Of a stretch of 64,000 nucleotides of DNA, positions 53,812 to 64,000 are shown piece after piece; position 1 is the first letter of the stretch; each line of letters starts with the position of its first letter. A program made the translations under genes and the position numbers. The notes under the pieces are model-generated. The model did not search any database, had not been told where the DNA came from, and saw nothing but the letters and a program-made list of their open reading frames with translations. Origin of the DNA: Eledone cirrhosa (Eukaryota). The stretch is from contig OZ024743.1 of assembly GCA_964016885.1 (NCBI GenBank), forward strand, positions 110,856,001 through 110,920,000. Reading direction: 5' to 3'.

Positions 53812-54001
53812 TGTTTCTACTTTAGGCACAAGGCCAGCAATTAACCAGTGCATTACTGGTACTTTATTTTATCGACCCCGTAAGGATGAAAGGCAAAGTC
53901 AACCTTGGCGGGATTTGAACTCAGATCGTAAAGGGACGTATCTATGCTGGAAAGCATGGCGTCCGACCCTCCACCGATACTGCCAATCCACCACCAGATA
54001 C
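53812..54001 (-). mobile_element. Full-length tRNA-derived SINE (190 bp) with a 16-bp target-site duplication
   Basis: A-box TGGCAGTATCGG, B-box GAGTTCAAATCC, core GCCTTTCATCCTTACGGGGTCGATAAAATAAAGTACCAGT. TSD ATTATTTCATAATAAT at 53796-53811 and 54002-54017. Confidence 0.92.
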
Positions 54002-54260
54002 ATTATTTCATAATAATGTACCTGAATATATTTCTTTCACTATAGATATACCCTAAATAGAAAGTATGATCACATAATAATTTAAATACATAAATATTTA
54101 GTTCATGCAATTATGTTAGCACACCTCACCACTCCAAATAGAAACAGCAGCAAAAATCGACATATAACGTCATAAATTAATTTTCATATATGATAAACAA
54201 TATCTCAATCTATATATGCATGTATTTATTTATGTAAATGTGTAGATATCTAAACATGAT

Positions 54261-54299
<39 letters not shown>

Positions 54300-54475
54300 T
54301 ATAAATAAATACATTATCGGAGAAAGCTTAGAGCGATACTCCGGCCAAATCCCAACTCACACGACAAACATTAGGAAATAAGTGAGTATATTCCTAATTA
54401 AACGTTCGGGGTGCTAACTAATTGTATTGTGTGGAAAATTGGCTGTATCATTTCATTATTATTACTATATATATA

Positions 54476-54650
54476 TAGAGGCTCGGACGCCATGCTTTGA
54501 CGCATAGAGTTACGGCCCTTGCCATTTTGAGTTCAATCCCGCCGAGGTTAACTTTGCCTTTCATCCTTACGGGGTCGATAAAATAAAGTACCAGTAATAC
54601 ACTGGTTAATTGCTGGCCTTGTGCCTAACGTAGAAACAATTATTATTACT
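54476..54650 (+). mobile_element. SINE copy, head truncated
   Basis: B-box, core, and tail CCTTGTGCCTAACGTAGAAACAATTATTATT. Confidence 0.85.
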
Positions 54651-54978
54651 ATATATATATATATATATACATTGGATTTTCTTTCTTGAAGTTGTTCGCA
54701 CATTCTCCGGCCTGTTGTTTTTTTCGCTGTTTCTCTCTTTTCTTCACTTTTTTTCACTTTTCCTTTCTATTTTCCGTACCTCCTCTCCTCCGGTTCCCCA
54801 ATAACTTACCTAGTTATTGAACGCTCTAGAGATAGATATATTGTCTTTAAAGCTTTGAAATATCCGAGACCCAACTGTTGAGGAAAACTACCCCACTCCC
54901 GTTCTTGTTTTCTTCTTAATTTTAAGCCTACCTTAACTAGCAACTACACATATTTCCTATTCTCCATATATTATGTAT

Positions 54979-55135
54979 AGTATCGGTAGAGGGTTGGACG
55001 TCATGATGTCTAGCATAGTTACGTCCCTTTACTGTCTAACTTCAAATCCCGGCGAGGTTAACTTTGCCTTTCATCGTTATGGGGTCAATAAAATAGAGTA
55101 CCAGTAATGTACTGGGTAATTGCTGGCCTTGTCCC
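54979..55135 (+). mobile_element. SINE copy, degraded
   Basis: AGTATCGGTAGAGGG...TTCAAATCCC...GCCTTTCATC...GTACCAGT...GGCCTTGT. Confidence 0.8.
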
Positions 55136-55176
55136 AACAGCCCTCGTTGGATTTTAGTCTTCACGTTTATTATTAT

Positions 55177-55223
<47 letters not shown>

Positions 55224-55353
55224 CACATACCTATATATACACGCATTTAATATATATATATATATACACACACACATACACAAACATGCAATATATATAA
55301 ACACACACACACTTATATATATACATAATTATATATATGTGTGTGTTTGTGTA

Positions 55354-55401
<48 letters not shown>

Positions 55402-55530
55402 AACAAATAAGACCCCGACGGCTGAGCTCAGGCCGTTTCGCGGCTAATTCTCGAATATATATATTAAATGCGTGTATATATAGGTATGTGTATCTATCTA
55501 TCTATATATATATATATATATATATATGTT

Positions 55531-56840
55531 TTGGGGAGGGTCATATTTGTGTAATAATATTGTCAGAATTAAATAACAGAACACACTCTGTTTGGTTGGT
55601 TTTCGCTTCTGTATCTTTTATATCGGTTAATTTAATGTATTCGGTCCTCAATGTTACCATTGGCTGACCAACGGTTAAAAATACAGATACAATATAGACA
55701 CAAACACATATATATAGTTTATCAAAGTTCTTTCGTTGTACATCTGCAACATTGTCAGTGCTGCTATTATGTTTCCTCCCGTTGCATTGTATGCTTACGC
55801 CATCTTTATTTAGTCTGTTTATTTATTTATTTATTTGTTTATTTTTTTGTCTTCTCTGCACATGCGATTGCGTGTGTGTATAGTGCTTTGTTTGATGTGT
55901 GTTCTTGTTTGGGTGAATGTGTCTTGGTTAATGTATTATATCTTAGTTTACTAGTGCGTGTTTATATGTGTTTGTTGTTATTGTGCTTGTGTATGTATTT
56001 ATTTATTTATTTATACTTCTATTATGTCAGTCTTGTTTGTTTGGGTGTTGCTGTTTTTCCATTCATTTTTTCTTTTTAGCCTTGGCCTTCTCAGTTATAT
56101 TTCGCTGGCCTCTGTGAATTGCCTATCTGCTGGGCGATTTCTATGTTCAGATATTATTCTAACTTCTGTGTTGTCTGTGTTACTCTTGTGTTGTTGTCTA
56201 GCATGTTCGTATAGTGCTGAACCGTTTTTTCGTCCTTTTAGTTCCCCCGAGTGTTGGTCTATCCATTCACCTATGCTACGAGCTGTCTCGCCTATGTTTG
56301 TTGTCATGTTTCTGCAAGTACCCTCTGTACATCTTATGCTATAGACTACGTTTCTAGTTTTGCAGTTTATTCGCGGGTTTACTCTCCATATGATACATTT
56401 CCTATTAGTACAGTGGATTTTATTAAAAGCATAGATTTTGCTGATCAGGGATTTTATGGTGGTTCTTGGCTTTTCTACCACCTTAATCTTTCAGTGGGTC
56501 TTTCTCAGGGACTTTCTACACTGGTTAGCTAATTCCCCACCAGGGGTAGCGTCCATAAACATGACACTCTGGTATCTCTGGTTGTCGTACCATGAGGTGG
56601 CTTTCCCTATCTTATGTCTAGTCCTATCTAAGCTATTCCATGATTTGCTCCTATATAATCAGCAAATTCCTTTCATGTCCAGTTCTATGAGAGTCTTATA
56701 CTTCTCCGTGGCACCTTCGTATACTCCGATTATGTCTCTTTGGTTGTAGCCAGAGAACTGCATGCGGTTGATGAAGTGTTGGATGTGTCTTTCCATTTCT
56801 GTTGTGTTCTCAGTGTGTGTGTTCTGTTATTTATTCTATA
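55531..56840 (-). mobile_element. Nematis-like PLE copy 4 (RT thumb + GIY-YIG + pLTR) with inverted stub at ~56806-56837
   Basis: ORF 56095..56481 reads CKTRNVVYSIRC...IGETARSIGEW...LYEHARQQH and aligns to copies 1 and 2. Confidence 0.88.
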
Positions 56841-56879
56841 ACAGTGGGAAATGAAATTTCGTTTCACTTTTTTTCCGTT

Positions 56880-56962
<83 letters not shown>

Positions 56963-57137
56963 TTTATATATATATATATGTGTGTGTGTGTTTTTGTGTT
57001 TGTGTATGTTTGCGTGTGTCTGTGTGTGCATGTATATATATATATATATATATATACATAATTGTTTCTACTTTTGGGACAAGGCCAACAATTACCCGGT
57101 ACATTACTGCTACTTTCTGTTATTGACACAATAACGA

Positions 57138-57231
<94 letters not shown>

Positions 57232-57455
57232 TATTTATATATAGTTATGTAATTAACAACATGATAATTACTTCATTTCCACTGGTTTCTTGAAAGAAAA
57301 CACATTTGTTTTCAGTCATCAGGATGGAAAACATCCTTGTGTTTTTATTTATTGTCGATTTAAAAAAAAATATATAACGAATATGAAAGTGAGGCTGGAG
57401 GAAGAAGAAGAAAAGGAGAAAAGAAGAAGAAATATATATGTATAAAGACAATATA

Positions 57456-57527
<72 letters not shown>

Positions 57528-57609
57528 GTTATTCCGGGTTGAATCGGAGGTAACCACAGTAAGTAGGGTACTCAATACATTGCAAAGTATGAAAGTTTTA
57601 ATATACATG

Positions 57610-57654
57610 AGATTCTACAGGACTAGAACTGTTTCATTCTTTAGAAATCATCAG
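57610..57654 (-). ncRNA. Hammerhead family C, second copy, 5' strand of stem I lost
   Basis: Nearly identical to 10803-10847. TA-rich sequence begins immediately 5' of CTGATGA. Confidence 0.72.
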
Positions 57655-57967
57655 ATATATATATACATATATATATATATATATGTACACATACAACCAC
57701 ATACGCATACATACACAAACACAAATGTATATATATACATACATATACAAACTTATACACATATATATATATATATAAATATATATATATATAAAAGGCT
57801 TGCCCGCCTACCCATTGGGATGGCGTTATATTATGGCCAAAGCAGTACGACGTGTGACCAGCGGCGTCGATTGGTGCCTGACGGCCTGGTCGGTCAAGGT
57901 GATCGAGGCGATAAATATATATACACACACACCCACATACATACACATATACACACATACATAAGCA

Positions 57968-58031
<64 letters not shown>

Positions 58032-58172
58032 TATAAATATAAGAATAAGTAAAAATCAATAAACAAACAAAATATATATACATGAAATCAAAGTAAAGTC
58101 AGATATAAAAAAAAAAAAAAAATAAGGGAATAAAAAAATTATTAAGTTGACAGCGATGCGAAAGAGGGTAAA

Positions 58173-58203
<31 letters not shown>

Positions 58204-58206
58204 CTA

Positions 58207-58985
58207 TATTCAGCGAGAATCGTATTTCGGCTGGTAGAAAAAGCGAAACGAAACGCAAAATCAGAGAAATGCTGGAAAGCGGTCCAATAGTTAAGAAAAA
58301 CTAGAGCTAAACAATATGTTAAAACGCCATACAAACTGAAAATTGATCAAGAAGGGGATTAACCACCTAAGCCAAAAAACAAGTCAACATAAACAGGCTA
58401 AACAAAATAAATGATATAATCATACCTGGACCCAAGTGGAATTGATGGTAAAATCCAAATGCTGGGTCTCTATGACACCTAAATCAACAATACTGTCTGC
58501 TTAAAACAATAAACTTTCAGCATAATGATCGAACAAGGAATATCACGTTATCAACAGGTATTATGCTCTTTAACCAACTTTGTGAGTGACGCAGGACATT
58601 GTAAAGGCACATGCGTAGGTCAAGATGGGAAAATTGCCCAGATTTTGGCAAATGAAATCAGTATATGTATATCATACAAAAAATTGCTTAGATAGGACAA
58701 ATCGAATAAACACTCAACCAGTTAGTTTTTAAAATAAACGTATGCAATTAATCTGTCAATAGAATTATTAATAGGTTAATTGTAAGACTCTGGAGATTAA
58801 TATAAATATATATTCAGCGAGAATCGTATTTCGGCCGGTAGAAAATGCGAAACGAAACGCAAAATCGTAGAAATGCTGGCAAGCGCTCCAATAGTTACGA
58901 AAAACTAGAGCTAAACAATATGTTAAAACGCCATACAAACTGAAAATTGGTCAAGAAGTGGTCAAGAAGGCAGTAACCACCTAAG

Positions 58986-58989
<4 letters not shown>
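58207..58989. repeat. ~780 bp element with ~170 bp direct terminal repeats (period 604 bp) inside (TA)n
   Basis: TATTCAGCGAGAATCGTATTTCGG...CCACCTAAGCCAA at 58207-58375 and 58811-58989. Confidence 0.85.
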
Positions 58990-59043
<54 letters not shown>

Positions 59044-59259
59044 TGTGTGTGTGTGTGTGTGTGTATATAATATATTAATAAATGGAAACTATATTTATAA
59101 AACCATATTTATTTTATTATACATATTTCAAGGACAACCAAGGCAAATTATGGTGCGCTTTCATCAGATAAAATACAGATTTGATTTATAAATAAATATT
59201 GACATACCCGAGATCCTAAAGAATTCCATTTTTAATCAGTTATAATTTAAAGTGCTCAA

Positions 59260-61730
59260 CAATAAAGGAGCTAAATATATGTAGAGGTTATATTTAGTTG
59301 GTTCAGTTTGGAGTGTATTATGGCGTGTGATTCAGAGAGACAAATGTCACAGGTCTTGCTAGGGGGACTGTACTGCAATGATTTAATGATTATTCTCCAA
59401 TCAAGCGTGAAGAACACCGATATACATTACACGCTTGATTGGAGAATCATCCCTAAATCATCGCAGTACAGACCCCCAAGCAAGACCTGTGACCTTTCCC
59501 TCTCTGAATCACACGCCATAATATACTCCAAACTGAACCTGTTAAATAGGAAGTCGGAGATATTCTCTTCTTGCCCGCACATAAATCTTAGCTCCTTCTA
59601 TTATTTTAGACCAATTAGCTAACGCTGTAGGACCTGCACACATCCATCCTGTCTGACCTACGTAAAACCACGCCGCACTGCATCCTGGTTCCTTTCTGAC
59701 GATAACTGCCCTTCAGGTGTATATAGACTACTCTAATATTTCTTCTCTTATCTCCCCTCTCTTTCCTAGTTCATCTTATTGGACCACAAGCCAAGAACCC
59801 TTAGGGTAGAACCTACTTAAGGCTTTTCACTGTACCCAGCACAGTTTGACCCTATATAGGCGCATACCCACACTAACCATATTAATATGGTTTATAAACA
59901 CACCCATTGTGCGCTAACTGATAGCACAGCATAATAGTCTGTCGAAAGCCCAGAAAACCCCGCCGCAGCTATAAATCGGGTGAATTGGGTACCCGGGGTC
60001 CAGTTAACCTTAACCCTATAGTGTGTGATAGATGTAACCTAGTACAGTGAACTGTGGTAGCAAATCGTGTAGGCTAGGTGTCGCTGAATCGATCAAGCCC
60101 CGGCTGGAAGGAGTAGTTGATCGCTGAGCCATTCGAATCAAACAAAAGACTCGCCCCTAGCATCCCGTTGGATATCTAATGAATCCGCCCTTTGTGAGGC
60201 CAATTGCCTCCCATACTTTTCATAGGCACACTACGACTTCCTGTGTTTATATTCGGACTACCGTTATGTTAGCGAGATAATAACCTTTGAAAGCTGGAAT
60301 TAGCTGGATATGAATTGTGATCCAGCTTTGATGAATTATAGAACTACACTCCAGGCAAAGTGCAACACTGGATATTGAACTCCCGTCGACCCAGGAAGGG
60401 CCGCACCCGACTGTGAATGGATAAAAACCTCTGGAGTCAATAATCTAAACGAAAACCACGTGGCGGACATATAAATAACATAGTTGGCCTTGTCAGGTTT
60501 GGCTGTGAATTCTCTCTTCTATATATATATTCTACAGAAATGTGCACTCACTCTAATAAACCCGCCTATTATTATAACAATTTCTGCTCACTCTGCCATA
60601 TGTGATTCTGGAAGCGGAGTTTCCTATATTATCTTTCTCTCTATGTAACGGGATAGCCATCACGATTTGTATTTACTGTGGTATAGTTGTATACGGTACG
60701 ACACATTGCTTGGACGCCAACTTGGACTTACAGTGAATTTCACCTGTCACGTTGGGTTGAGCGACCGAACGTGAGGACTTTGGGGAATGCCAGTTATTGC
60801 TGACCTGGCGTGTTTTCAATTTCCTCACATCTGTGCCGGCTGTACATGTACCATACATTTCTTTAACTCGTCGTACTTTCTTTTATTTTTATTTTAGATT
60901 TTAGGTGTATATCCCAGACCGCCTATGGTGATAAATCCCATGGGTATAGGTTTTGGAAAAATAATGTTATCTCACTTAACGTTCGGAACTGTAACATATC
61001 GATGTGGTTCGTAGGGTGCTGATATGATAAGGAGAATCGACCTGCTACAGGGCTATATAATTGGAGTGCACCATCCCTCATATGGACTATCATACATGTA
61101 AGGCTGCACCACTGCTAACCAACTATTCTTCTCACAGACTCTTGCTTGCAAACTCTCTTAATCTGCCTGTACACTCTGTTTTTGCACTGCTTGTGCTTTG
61201 ATGTATCTATGCTTAGCTTTGTTTTATATTTTGGGGGGTTTTCGGGCTTTTTGTTCCTTTAATGTTTTGTATGTTCATATTTATCTCTTTTGTTATCCTT
61301 GTATTTTTGTACTTTATTATTATTTTTGTTATTGTTTCTGATAATGCTGAGTAATACTTTTACTCACCCCTTGCTACCCTATCCATCTATTGCACCATTT
61401 GAGTGATAAACTTTTGGTGTAATTTAACATTTTTAATTTTTAATTTTTCATATAATTTGTTAAGAAATTTATGACATTATGTGCATCATGTATTCTGTCT
61501 TTTTCCATATTGCGCTGGCCTCGGGACCCTCCTGCTCGTCTTTTAACCTTGTTCTGGTGGCGCAGCTGGATGGAGCATGCAACTATTGATATACTCTTGT
61601 TTATAGGCTCTGATGATCCCTGCCATGGGGTATGGATGAAACACTGTTAGCTAATAAAACAAAAGCTTTCACGCTTAATGGGATCTTCTGAAACTCTTGA
61701 GTTTCAGAAGATCCCGTTAAGGGTGAAAGC
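59260..61730 (+). mobile_element. Naiad-like PLE 3' remnant: 5' fold-back, GIY-YIG tail (59410-59622), ~2 kb unique 3' region, hammerhead and terminal hairpin
   Basis: Encodes YTLDWRII...KTCDLSLSESHAII...LLNRKSEIFSSCPH. 59300-59409 is the reverse complement of 59430-59539. The extent of the 3' region is inferred from the same-strand hammerhead. Confidence 0.65.
61605..61653 (+). ncRNA. Minimal type I hammerhead ribozyme (family D)
   Basis: GGCT-CTGATGA-t cc ctgcc atgg ggtat gga t-GAAA-C act G-TT-AGCT. Stem I 4 bp, one-pair stem III. Confidence 0.65.
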
Positions 61731-61766
61731 AGCGATTCTTTGCTTAAACTTTAATCTATTATTTTA

Positions 61767-61769
<3 letters not shown>

Positions 61770-61799
<30 letters not shown>

Positions 61800-61986
61800 T
61801 TGTATGTATATGTATGTGTGTGTATATGTATATATATATACATAATTATATACAAAGTTATTATATGTTTATTATCATTGATTATTTGTTCCAGTAACTG
61901 TTGAGTGCTCTAAATCAGCTATACATATCTATGTCTTTCTTTATTAATTGTCGGATTTTCAAATATTTGAATACCCATTCCAGCTT

Positions 61987-62053
<67 letters not shown>

Positions 62054-62660
62054 ATGTGTGTGTGTGTATGTATGTCCGTGCGCATGAATGTGTACGTACA
62101 TGTGCGTATGTGTGTGTATGTATATCTTTATATGGGTTCTTATATAGAAGTACTTATTTTTTTTCATATATGTGTGTATGTGGTTGTATATATATTTTGT
62201 CATGTATATTTGTGTGTGAATGTATTTATATGTTTTTCGATATATGTATATTCACCTACATTTATATATATGTACCTATACGTGTGATCGTGAGTATATG
62301 CGTGCGTATCAATGTGTGTGCATTTGAGTATGTATATGTGTGTACATATGTGTGTATGTTTATATATATGTGTGTTTATAGGTATGTATAGATGTATATA
62401 TGTGTGTATATATATATATATGTGTATGTATACATGTATGTGCTTACATGTATGTATTCATGTGTGCGTGTATATGTATTTGTATGTATACACTTATCTA
62501 TGTATGTGTTTGTACTGTATTTATTTATGCGTGTGTATTTTTATATGTATGTGTATGTGTATGTATGTATATGTGGATATGTATGTGTATGTGTATGTGG
62601 TATATATATATATATATTTATTTTATTTTGTACATTACTACGTGGGTTTGTTTATTTATT
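61770..62660. repeat. Degenerate (TA)n/(TG)n/(TATG)n microsatellite region
   Basis: Direct reading. Confidence 0.9.
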
Positions 62661-63064
62661 TTTATTTGTGCCTTTCCCCTCTTACGCATCGCTGTCAACT
62701 TATTAATTTTTTTATTCCCTTATTTTATTTTTTTTTTATCGGACTTTACTTTGATTTCATGTATATGTATTTTGTTTATTCATTTTTATTTATTCTTATA
62801 ATTATATATGTGTGTGTGTTGTGCGTGTGTGTGTCTGTGTGTGTGTGTGTCTGTGTGTGTATATATATATGTATGTGTATGTATATGTGTATATGTGTAT
62901 ATGTGTATATGTGTATATGTATGTGGGTGTGGGTGTATATATATGTATCGCCTTGATCACCTTGACCGACCAGTCTGTCGAGCGCCAAACGCCGCCGCTA
63001 GTGACAGCAGGTCGTACACTTTTGGCCATAAGATAACGTCATCCCACTGGCTGGGCGTGCAGGC

Positions 63065-63102
<38 letters not shown>

Positions 63103-63482
63103 ATATGTATGTATGTCTATGTATATATATATACATATGTGTTGTTAATTTATGTGTATGTATGTGTATATATATATATATTGGCATATGAGTTCGTGCG
63201 TGTGCGTTTTTATACTTATATATTTATTTTTATTTTCTCCTTTTCTTCTTCTTCCTCCAGCCTCACTTTCATGTGCCTTATATTTTTGTTTTTCAGATCC
63301 ACATTCAATAAAATTACCAGGATTTTTTCCATTCTGATGACTGAAAGCACATGTGTTTGCTTTCAACAATCAACTGATAAATGAAATAATTATATTATGT
63401 TGTCTATTACATAACTAATAAGCCCTGTAACCTACATAGAGTACTCTTTTTTCCAGGACCTTTCCGACGGAATTACTTCATT

Positions 63483-63606
<124 letters not shown>

Positions 63607-64000
63607 AAAGTTCTATTTAAAATTGTTGGGATACAACAAGTAAATATTTTTTATAACTGATATAAAGCACTCGACAAGTATTTATATTTATTTTGTATAT
63701 ATGTCTGTATGTATACATGAGTGATGCGTGAAGACGCACGCAGATATTTATTTATGCATATATAGGTGTATACGTATATGTGTGTGTGTATGTATGTATG
63801 TGGGTAAGAGTTATGTTGCATAACGACGCAGTTTGGATTGCAGATATGCATAATTTTAACAACATGTTAAATGCATGAATGGTAATCATATATATGAAGA
63901 CATGAATGTTAATCGTATATATTTATGTATATATACTGTGAACTTTTTATAACACAAGGAATGTATAGCAGTATTAAGAGAAATCGTCTGCGTTTTATAT

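Noticed and set aside
53812-54001. tRNA gene
   Set aside because: A and B boxes are present but there is no cloverleaf. It has multiple diverged copies, a non-tRNA core, a tail and a TSD, so it is a SINE.
59690-59975. Extra hammerhead-like words (CTGACGA at 59696; CTGATAG...GAAA at ~59918), and similar words at ~10514 and ~58520
   Set aside because: The core or stems could not be completed, so they are not counted as ribozymes.

Overview
AT-rich animal genomic DNA made almost entirely of repeats. The repeat repertoire suggests a cephalopod such as Octopus, but that is inference. No host protein-coding gene can be supported, and most ORFs in the track are artefacts of (TA)n, (CA)n and (AAT)n microsatellites. 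Real coding sequence belongs to retroelements and one DNA transposon: Tx1/L1-clade LINEs (one near full-length, degraded, at 39.3-45.0 kb), an R4/Dong-clade RLE retrotransposon with tandem 5'-truncated copies, two clades of Penelope-like elements (PLEs; Naiad-like and Nematis-like RT + GIY-YIG), RTE relics, a deleted mariner and a tRNA-derived SINE. Insertions sort by microsatellite: Tx1, Dong and the SINE are associated with (AAT/ATT)n, while PLEs and their derivatives sit in (TA)n. The main hidden signal is more than 20 hammerhead ribozyme motifs or relics, read by eye, in several unrelated sequence families. Two of these families are non-coding ~430-470 bp units (17.4-19.1 kb and 22.8-23.3 kb) with the same architecture: octamer motif about 75-80 nt upstream of the hammerhead, tandem repetition, and an inverted terminal copy. 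They are candidate PLE-mobilised retrozyme / circular-RNA families. All boundaries were estimated by eye.
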